Assembly: GCA_964534335.1 (NCBI GenBank)
Contig: CAZHPS010000001.1
Span: 1 to 59,939, forward strand
DNA from: an uncultured Desulfobacterales bacterium
GTDB lineage: Bacteria > Desulfobacterota > Desulfobacteria > Desulfobacterales > Desulfococcaceae
Direction of reading: 5' to 3'
DNA length: 59,939 bases
The notes beneath the pieces were generated by a model. That model searched no databases. It saw only the letters and a program-made list of their open reading frames with translations, and was not told the DNA's origin. The translations under genes were made by a program, and so were the position numbers. This document shows positions 55,301 through 59,939 of this stretch, one piece after another; within the stretch, counting starts at the first letter, position 1; every line of letters begins with the position of its first letter.

Positions 55301-55828
55301 GGCGCGGGAATCATTCTGCGTTATGACGGAAACAGTTGGAATAAAATGCAAATCAGCATTGAAAATCCGGATATTCGGGATATATGGGGAGAAAATGCAG
55401 GGAATGTCTATGCTGTGGGAACAGAGGGGCTGATTCTTCATTATGACGGACAGAACTGGCGGAAAATGGAATGCCCTACGGCAAATCATCTGTACGGGAT
55501 ATGGGGAAACAGCGGCACTGATGTGTTTGCTGTGGGATCAAAAGGCGTGATTCTGCATTATGACGGAACTGCATGGCAGGAAATGGAAAAAGATACAGGC
55601 CGTTTCATTCTTTTTCTGGAATCCGTATGGGGCCAGTCAGAAAACAGCGTCTTTGCAGCAGGCAGTGACGGCATACTTCTTCATTATGACGGAAACATCT
55701 GGACTGAATACGAAAATTTTACAGACACTTCTCTGTCTGCCCTGTGGGGGCCGTCCGGGGAAGGAAATGCCGCAGATATTTTTGCTGTGGGAGAAAACGG
55801 AACCATCCTGCATCTTGGCGCAGATTAG
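49346..55828 (+). CDS. Giant secreted protein: 35 Ycf48/BNR-like beta-propeller blades in blocks of 14+14+7, separated by 3 and 4 Calx-beta/Ig-like modules
   Basis: Signal peptide MKKIHFFPVCFFIFVLSALPCLLCAG with SD AGAGGAG. The blade motif (V/I)WG.S..D(V/I)FAVG..G.ILHYDG..W recurs every 40 aa or so in nt 49460-51150, 52056-53725 and 54990-55825. The Calx-beta-like modules (...VPAGQTSAVF.V...DD...DG.R.V.I.AS...) occupy 51158-52050 and 53729-54960. Confidence 0.8.
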   Translation: MKKIHFFPVCFFIFVLSALPCLLCAGDDQWSVMIRPKARILNSVWGNSETGVFAVGDCGTILRHDGSTWQMMESPTEANLTDIWGTGKNSLFAVGDKGTVLRCDGTRWQQMNSLTETNLKAVRGNSTSGIFAVGENGTIIRYDGTAWTAVNSPTAVTLYSMWESLGTDIFAVGGGGTILRYDGNSWNPMSSGDGRNLRTVWGFSSSDVYAAGSGSLLHYDGRNWQTVESNFYPIRDLWGNSGTDLYAVGASLSGQPVALWYNGKEWKNTGADTDIPLNSIWGDGKGLVPAAGGNSQKGGIIYAYNGQEWQEIWHQPESDLTRKMYAVHAFSEKDVFAVGEAGAILHYDGSQWAAMESGTEKGLWAVWGISGTDLFTVGEAGTILHYDGTAWQEVNSGITSDLYDIWGYASDSGEPAEIFAVGDKGNVLHWKNGKWEAMSSGVGILLEGIWGIKTEKGADVFAGGNKGVILRYKDGKWVQMESPVEKNIRDIWGYSDENGVTVFAVGDRISEKKANFLCYEGMQWTLADMGQGEFLRTVWGDGETDIFIAGQNGFIRHYDGKTWNSADRSEKTGIVHMHGIPKAPGRVSRMFAVDGDGAVLQYTDINVFLPESVTEGGSLAEGTVLLPYAPAADTQISLTSDDPSEITVPASVTVPAGQTSAVFSVTPADDTVADGTRNVIIRASAANYNFGSEMIRVHDNESAVLNLILPDAVFEGEELPAGSGTLIVTPVPEEEISVSLHSSHPDRLSVPRKVTIPAGHGSIRFDMLVGDDTEKDNTQTITVTASVSGWTSGSAGIQVADNDRYGLTLSIPDTGAEKDKPLSGTVSLTEPFETDLLIHLSADDTSELMVPETVTIPAGSISAAFELSPVADYLSDNPQSVSLTADAPGFASAKARISITDSDSIWQPIHLGTSMLRAVWGSSEKDVFAVGWDGMILHYEGDQWNVMDSGTDISLRHVWGHDRNTVFAVGGATDGAVILRYDGSKWATVYSHPEQVLNGVWGIAPDNVWAVGKSDASGGMILHWDGVQWKEIGPGGLAELNSIWGTSASDIFVSGNKGQILHWDGLTWISMTSGTTSVLRCVWGNAGNDVFAVAQDLILHYDGTGWSKMEGGEGKYLYNIWGTGPDNVYITGNKGTVLHYDGNQWQEENSGTELALWGIWGSSPDNIFASGAEAIVLHYDGTGWKTHKEPDITYNGIWCFSSENGTGTQAFAVGDAGSILCYDGSTWKETEKGLYPNLNSVWGRSPWEIWAVGDEGTILHFNGTKWHKADSGTYVNLYELFGLPEDSGRPDVFAAGDKGTVLHFDGEQWQRMETGTDLKLQAVWAVPANTESGYEIFAAGWQGIILHFDGSRWHKQQITTKTLYDIWGSSAADIYASGADGGLFHYDGYNWHVIETDTKHVLWSIWGTSAADVYVSGYGEIRHYDGSEWTNMPAPARSVNAVWGLSAFDMFGAGDYNTLVRYTAVAIHVPEQVNEGKGILSAQGRVSVSVPLEADLAVRLTSHDFSEVSVPDTVVIPAGQNEAFFDLTIHDDAIADGTQRVAFTTAAEGYSLGTAFIHVKDNETAVLKIQVPEQAEEGDGLLSAQGAVFLQTEDGEDLTAQKPVRISLINDCPAEIHIPDTVIVQAGQSVADFDMTVIDDKVFDGPRIVRITASVEGWTAGSADMEITDNEKAQIMLEVPDSVSENDAQTPLGGTVSVQGTLLWDLTVDLFSDRNTDIIVPETVTIPARQSSADFTFTVKDDPEINGDRTVNIAASAPGWDSAGAAITVKDNDPGEIRFPSDRFSMWKQGEIIRIPVNRYYSSAGQISVCYTLEDTASGIAEDGTLVFENGEKEKQISISRVSERGEKMTLSLSDPGGGAVLGTPATAEIMLTDAMSWSREAQSGEDHLRGVWGSSTADVFAVGWGGTILHYDGSTWSDRSLDTVNPVFLEDLWGSTGKNVFAVGHKGIIFHYDGSKWQAAESPTDLHLYAIWGPAGAESRIFAAGAGIILRYDGNSWNKMQISIENPDIRDIWGENAGNVYAVGTEGLILHYDGQNWRKMECPTANHLYGIWGNSGTDVFAVGSKGVILHYDGTAWQEMEKDTGRFILFLESVWGQSENSVFAAGSDGILLHYDGNIWTEYENFTDTSLSALWGPSGEGNAADIFAVGENGTILHLGAD

Positions 55829-55856
55829 TGTTACAGACTACTGCGTTGTCAACTTT

Positions 55857-55913
55857 GATTTTATGATCTGAAGTGTACAAAAAACCGGATTTTTTGGAAA
55901 AATCCGGTTTTTG
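55857..55913 (+). repeat. Palindromic intergenic repeat (AAAAACCGGATTTTTTGGAAAAATCCGGTTTTT core)
   Basis: Forward copy of the 43402..43466 element, 30 bp after the giant gene's stop. Confidence 0.6.
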
Positions 55914-55939
55914 CAAGGCACAGATTCAAGGTTGACAGA

Positions 55940-56093
55940 GTACTACATGACCAATTTAGATTTTATGGTATCAATTCCCCTCTTGAGAGGGGCATGGGGT
56001 GTGTTTTGGGTGTGCAATTCCGGACACACCCCTGCCCCTCTCAAGAGGGGAATATATAAAATTCAACGTGGTCATGTAGTACCGCATTCAGCA
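55940..56093. repeat. Nested palindromic element: outer arms GTACTACATGACCA / TGGTCATGTAGTAC, inner 29-bp arms each containing CCCCTCTTGAGAGGGG
   Basis: 55975-56003 (TTCCCCTCTTGAGAGGGGCATGGGGTGTGT) pairs with 56024-56052 with one bulge. The outer 14-bp arms at 55940-55953 and 56080-56093 are exact complements. Confidence 0.75.
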
Positions 56094-56152
56094 GAGCAGT
56101 TTCGGAAACTTTGGGGGGTTACGCATCAGAAAACAGATGCTTTCCGGCCTGT

Positions 56153-56758
56153 TCAATCATCTGCACTTGGCACTGAAAAGCCTTCTGCCTCCAGTGCATC
56201 ACGAATGTTTTGCGTATTGCAGGGAAACAGCCGGAAATAATAGATACGGCTGCTGCTTTCCTGTGCGGTCATGCTTACGTTGATAATATCACCTCCGCAG
56301 GTCTGGATAATCTGCACTGCTTTTTTGAATGCTTCATGGTCATCACGGATTACGACTTCCAGCCGGGAACTGGAAGTCAGAATTCCCATCATGTCAATAA
56401 AGGTTCTCAGTATGTCTGTTTCGGTGAGAATTCCCACGAGCCTGTTTCCTTCCACCACAGGCAGACCGCTGATTTTGTGACGGTAAATCCGGCGGGCTGC
56501 TTTTTCAATATCATCATCCGGTGCCACAGTGACGGGATCACGGATGATCAGATCTTTGAGGGAAACATCGCTGACCATAGAGGGCAGCAGGCCCTCTTTC
56601 AGATCAGCCAGTGTAAGAAAACCCCGCAGGGTATTGTCCGCAGATACAACGGGAAGATGGCGGATACGGCTGGATTTCATCATTTTAATGGCCTCTTCCA
56701 CAGATGTATTTTCACGGATGGTGATGGGATCCGATATCATCAGCGATCTGACTTTCAT
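56153..56758 (-). CDS. CBS-pair plus ACT-like domain protein (AcuB-like)
   Basis: Two CBS modules (MISDPITIRENTSVEEAIKMMKSSRIRHLPVV; ...HKISGLPVVEGNRLVGILTETDILR) and a C-terminal ACT-like region of about 70 aa. Confidence 0.75.
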   Translation of the reverse strand: MKVRSLMISDPITIRENTSVEEAIKMMKSSRIRHLPVVSADNTLRGFLTLADLKEGLLPSMVSDVSLKDLIIRDPVTVAPDDDIEKAARRIYRHKISGLPVVEGNRLVGILTETDILRTFIDMMGILTSSSRLEVVIRDDHEAFKKAVQIIQTCGGDIINVSMTAQESSSRIYYFRLFPCNTQNIRDALEAEGFSVPSADD

Positions 56759-56999
56759 TTTGTTTTTCCCTGTTCTGTATTCTGTATCTGTTTAAAGTTT
56801 CAAAATTGACAGACTTCCGAATTTTCGGAAGTCTTTTAAGCGGAAACTTCGGCCTGTTTTCTTATTTTGCGTTTAAAAAACGCACCGGCTCAAAACTGAC
56901 AGCAAACTTCATTAGACCTCTTGCAAAAGTGGGAATTGCTCCATTGATTTTATTGGATAAAAATTGACTTTGGAAAAAGGTCTATTTCAATAAAAAAAT

Positions 57000-58115
57000 C
57001 TATCCTCTGCATTTCACAGGCTGCCAGGTGCAAAGGGGCTCTTCTGCCATGTAATCGCCTGTGGCTTCATAGGCCCTGGCCCGACATCCTCCGCATACCC
57101 GTTTGTATTCACAGGCTCCGCATTTGCCTTTGAGATTGTCATAATCGCGCAGTTTCAGGAAAATTTCTGATTTATCCCAGATGTTTTTGAAAGAATCCTT
57201 TGTGACATCACCGCAGTTAAGTTCCAGAAATCCGCAGGGCTGAACAATGCCGGTATGGGAAATAAAACAGAATCCGGTTCCGCCCAGGCATCCGCGTGTG
57301 ACTGCATCCAGTCCATGCGTCTGGAATGTGACTGTTTTTCCCTCTTCCTTTGCCCTCTGCCGGAGAATGCGGTAATAATGGGGCGCGCAGGTGGCTTTGA
57401 GTTGGAGACAGGTTTTTTCCCGCTGATCATAAAACCAGTTCAGGGCTTCCTCATATTGAACAGCATCTATGGCCTGATCCGCAATGTATTTGCCCCGGCC
57501 TGTGGGAACCAGCAGAAAAATGTGGTGGGCCACCGCGCCCAGTTCCACAGCCAAATCCTGAATTTTGGGCATTTCGTCGAGATTGTTTTTGGTGATGGTG
57601 GTATTAATCTGAAATTCAATACCTGCCGCTTTTGCAATCCGTATGCCCCGCTGCGCACCTTCAAACGCGCCGTCAACTCCCCGGAAACGATCATGTTTCT
57701 CTTTGCTCGCTCCGTCCAGACTGATACTGATGCGCCGGATGCCGGATTCTGCCATTTTCCGCGCGGATTCTTCGGTAATCAGGGTTCCGTTGGGAGCCAT
57801 GACCATGCGCAGCCCTTTTTCCGTGCCATAACTGGCAATGTCAAAAATATCGGATCGGAGCAGAGGTTCTCCTCCGGTCAGTATGACAATGGGGCTGCCG
57901 GTTTCCGCAATCTGATCCACAAGCCGGAAACAGGCTGAGGTTTCCAATTCTCCGGTATACGGCCCCATAGTTGCCGAGGCCCGGCAGTGAATGCAGGAAA
58001 GATTGCAGTTGCGTGTGATTTCCCATGCCACCAGGCGAATCTCCGCGCCTTTCTGATCTCCGTGACCATGAGGATGAGCTTTATGCTCCGATGTATGTTT
58101 ATGCGGATGTGTCAT
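57000..58115 (-). CDS. Radical SAM/SPASM enzyme, NirJ/AhbC/AhbD-like (candidate alternative heme biosynthesis enzyme), His-rich N-terminus
   Basis: VAWEITRNCNLSCIHCRA (CX3CX2C), ATCAPHYYR, GCLGGTGFCFISHTG..QPCGFL and CGACEYKRVCGGCRARAY (SPASM). N-terminal MTHPHKHTSEHKAHPHGHGD. The family assignment is from memory of NirJ-type motifs. Confidence 0.7.
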   Translation of the reverse strand: MTHPHKHTSEHKAHPHGHGDQKGAEIRLVAWEITRNCNLSCIHCRASATMGPYTGELETSACFRLVDQIAETGSPIVILTGGEPLLRSDIFDIASYGTEKGLRMVMAPNGTLITEESARKMAESGIRRISISLDGASKEKHDRFRGVDGAFEGAQRGIRIAKAAGIEFQINTTITKNNLDEMPKIQDLAVELGAVAHHIFLLVPTGRGKYIADQAIDAVQYEEALNWFYDQREKTCLQLKATCAPHYYRILRQRAKEEGKTVTFQTHGLDAVTRGCLGGTGFCFISHTGIVQPCGFLELNCGDVTKDSFKNIWDKSEIFLKLRDYDNLKGKCGACEYKRVCGGCRARAYEATGDYMAEEPLCTWQPVKCRG

Positions 58116-58216
58116 TGTTTTCCTTGCTTATATTGGTCAAATTCTGGTGAACTGAAAATTGGAATTTCTGTCATTTCAGCGAAAGATGGAATGATTTTTC
58201 GGTTCTTCCTTATCAT
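58112..58216 (-). CDS. Unannotated 34-codon ORF overlapping the radical SAM start by ATGA (MIRKNRKIIPSFAEMTEIPIFSSPEFDQYKQGKQ); speculative
   Basis: Found by hand translation and is below the ORF-track length cutoff. The stop TGA shares ATGA with the downstream ATG. The SD is weak (GAAAGA). Confidence 0.2.
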   Translation of the reverse strand: MIRKNRKIIPSFAEMTEIPIFSSPEFDQYKQGKQ

Positions 58217-58321
58217 AAGTTCTTTCGGTCTTCAAATCTTTTTCATACCCAATCCTGTCAAAGATGCTGATTGCCTTTATAAATTTTTTTTCATCCGAAA
58301 CATCGCGGTTTCCGCTCTTTT

Positions 58322-58975
58322 TCAACTTTTCAATATTCCCTTCAATGCCGCAAGATTCTCCGTTTCATCAAACAGGGCCGCAGCCGGAACAGCAAAACCT
58401 TTCACTGCTTTGCTTTTCAGAACTCCCGAATCTGCTTTCACATGAAGAATATACCGATCTTTCTCAGGAAAATACTGCTCGACCACATGGGATGCCGGAT
58501 CAATGATCCAGTATTCTTTCACGCCGTGGGCCGCATAATCCTCAAACTTCACTGTCCGGTCATTGTACTCTGTTGCCGGAGACAGCACTTCCGCGATAAA
58601 ATCCGGAGCCGGGAACTGTGTCTGTTTGGGTTTGAATTTTTTGGATTTTGCCCTGCTCCAGAAACAGACATCCGGTTCATAGTCATTTCTGGTCAGGGAA
58701 ATCATCATCTTTTCATGTCCCACATAGCCAAGCTGATGAACCATGACATAAATGCTCATAAGTCTCATCAGCGATGAAGATGCAAATTCGTGTTCGATTC
58801 TTACCGGTGAATGCACAATAACCTCCCCGTTGATGAATTCGGCTTTCTGATCTTCCCGGACATCCGCATAAAATTTTTTGCGTTTTTTCCGCTCCTCATG
58901 CAGGGTTGTCCGAATGTCACGGTAATACAGACTAAGTTTCGGGGAACGATGCAACTGCTCTGTGAGAATATCCAT
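58322..58975 (-). CDS. Uma2-family (DUF820) PD-(D/E)xK endonuclease-like protein
   Basis: PDFIAEVLSPATEYNDRTVKFEDYAAHGVKEYWIIDP is the typical Uma2 core (D...E.lS......D...K...Y...Gv.EYWivd). Confidence 0.8.
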   Translation of the reverse strand: MDILTEQLHRSPKLSLYYRDIRTTLHEERKKRKKFYADVREDQKAEFINGEVIVHSPVRIEHEFASSSLMRLMSIYVMVHQLGYVGHEKMMISLTRNDYEPDVCFWSRAKSKKFKPKQTQFPAPDFIAEVLSPATEYNDRTVKFEDYAAHGVKEYWIIDPASHVVEQYFPEKDRYILHVKADSGVLKSKAVKGFAVPAAALFDETENLAALKGILKS

Positions 58976-59136
58976 AGGTCACACTCCTGTAAAATCGTAA
59001 GTGATGTTATGCAAGTCTTTTAAAAATCAGAAAACTGACCCTTTTCACCGTGATTCCCGATTAAACTGAAATTCATTGATTTCAAAATATTGCACATACC
59101 ATTTTTCGACAGTATGAGAATGTTGCGTAACATCAT

Positions 59137-59364
59137 TTACTTCAGCAGAAAAATCAAAACAGCAATCATGACCGTCAGCAATGAACCGTAAAAAACGATT
59201 ATGGTCTGTGAAAACAGGGTTGCAGGCCATATATTTTTTCCACCGATAAATGCCTGCGGATTCATACTGAAATCAATTTCTTTTTCCTCTTTTTTGCGAA
59301 CATCATTATACTGATCCAATTTTGTTTTTTTTGGCACGATTCTTGCGTAGACATATTCATTCAA
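59137..59364 (-). CDS. Possible small tail-anchored membrane protein
   Basis: 75-aa ORF with one C-terminal TM helix (IIVFYGSLLTVMIAVLIFLL). No homology recognised. Confidence 0.3.
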   Translation of the reverse strand: MNEYVYARIVPKKTKLDQYNDVRKKEEKEIDFSMNPQAFIGGKNIWPATLFSQTIIVFYGSLLTVMIAVLIFLLK

Positions 59365-59369
59365 ATATT

Positions 59370-59722
59370 GGTAGTGGTCTGCACGAACTGATTAAAATTT
59401 AACTATACTGATCCAATTTTGGTTTTCTTTGGCATGATTTTTGCCTGACGTGCTGAAAGTGAAAAAACATCCGTTTTTGGCCTGAAAAACCCCGCAGACG
59501 GGCTGAAAAAAACTGTTTGGGCGCATAGGCAATTTCCGTGCCAAAGAAAACCAAAATTGGATCAGTATATCTTATATTATTATGTTTTTAAAAAATGCTG
59601 ATTTTTGTCTATACATCATAAATACAAACAGTTATACGATACATCCATGATACTGCTTATACTGATTACAAATAACATATTGATTTATATATTAAAAAAA
59701 TCAGTATGAGAATCCATCTACC
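59370..59722. mobile_element. MITE family A copy 3, interrupted by a nested family S MITE
   Basis: GGTAGTGG-TCTGCACGAACTGATTAAAATTTAAC...GAGAATCCATCTACC is collinear with 26091..26285 except for a 164-bp insertion after AACTA. Confidence 0.7.
59406..59567. mobile_element. MITE family S copy 3 (162 bp), nested, with TA target-site duplication
   Basis: TIR TACTGATCCAATTTTGGTTTTCTTTGGCA / TGCCAAAGAAAACCAAAATTGGATCAGTA. TA lies at 59404-05 and 59568-69, where the uninterrupted copy (26091..) has a single TA. TGGCATgatttTTGC at 59430-44 (+) and TGGCACggaaaTTGC at 59529-43 (-). Confidence 0.75.
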
Positions 59723-59939
59723 CAAATATTATTTGAAATTTTTCAACCATCAGTTTTTTTAATTTATCAATATGATCTCCGGTATTATTCAGAAACTGAA
59801 AAATTTTTGGACGGAATACTTTGTATTCCTTATAATATTTGTTTTTTGCCAGATGCTCTTTGGCATATTTCCAAATAATATTTGTTTTTTGCCAGATGCT
59901 CTTTGGCATATTTCCAAAAACGTTCAGTCAGATTCAGAT
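59718..59939 (-). pseudogene. IS630-family transposase C-terminal end (runs off the window), frameshifted by a 43-bp tandem duplication
   Basis: The minus strand reads LNLTERFWKYAKEHLAKNKYY, which matches my recollection of the IS630 C-terminal motif NLIERLWK..K......YY. Units 59833-59875 and 59876-59918 are identical 43-mers (43 mod 3 = 1). Removing one restores ...KNKYYKEYKVFRPKIFQFLNN.... Confidence 0.6.

Noticed and set aside
55911-56240. 109-aa plus-strand ORF after the giant gene
   Set aside because: It runs straight through the nested palindrome and into the antisense of the CBS/ACT gene. Its translation reflects the repeat (PLLRGAWGVFWVC...PAPLKRG).
1-59939. Search for tRNA, rRNA, tmRNA, reverse transcriptase/retron/DGR components and cas genes
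   Set aside because: I found no T-arm/acceptor-type cloverleaf signatures, no rRNA-like conserved blocks, and no RT (YxDD) or Cas motifs in any long ORF. A visual scan is not exhaustive, so tRNAscan-SE and Infernal should confirm this.

Overview
This is a bacterial chromosomal segment. Gene content suggests a sulfate-reducer-like deltaproteobacterium, but that is a weak inference. The evidence is heavy use of sigma54-type promoters, a PEP-CTERM protein, a NirJ/AhbD-like radical SAM enzyme and a probable selenoprotein. A conserved housekeeping core (rplU-rpmA-obg-proB, pbpC, AMMECR1, ppiD, a DHH-CBS-polyA polymerase fusion, rmuC, floA, Fe-ADH, HAD hydrolase, hybrid histidine kinase) is interleaved with accessory genes. 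Accessory content includes a methyltransferase::Mrr fusion coupled to an SbcC-like ATPase, and a C10 peptidase with six PPC repeats and a dockerin. It also includes a roughly 2160-aa protein with 35 propeller blades plus Calx-beta modules, Pro-rich repeat membrane proteins, Fic and Uma2 proteins, and IS remnants. Intergenic DNA is unusually dense in small palindromic or MITE-like repeat families. I found no rRNA, tRNA or CRISPR array. The best candidates for something new are: (1) an in-frame TGA at the first Cys of the DUF1573 SCGCT motif with a hairpin 11 nt downstream, suggesting a selenocysteine lipoprotein. (2) Three tandem 125-bp units, each joining a 29-bp-stem hairpin to a consensus sigma54 -24/-12 promoter, upstream of a GEMM-I-like c-di-GMP riboswitch and a PEP-CTERM gene. 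(3) A MITE family with TA target duplication whose inverted termini each carry a sigma54 promoter consensus. (4) The MTase::Mrr plus SbcC-like pair, which has no SbcD. (5) An envelope gene cluster with TonB-like Pro-rich rods, a shared YxYDP motif, and a membrane protein with two orphan ANL C-terminal domains. All functional calls rest on motif recognition by eye; no database search was run.
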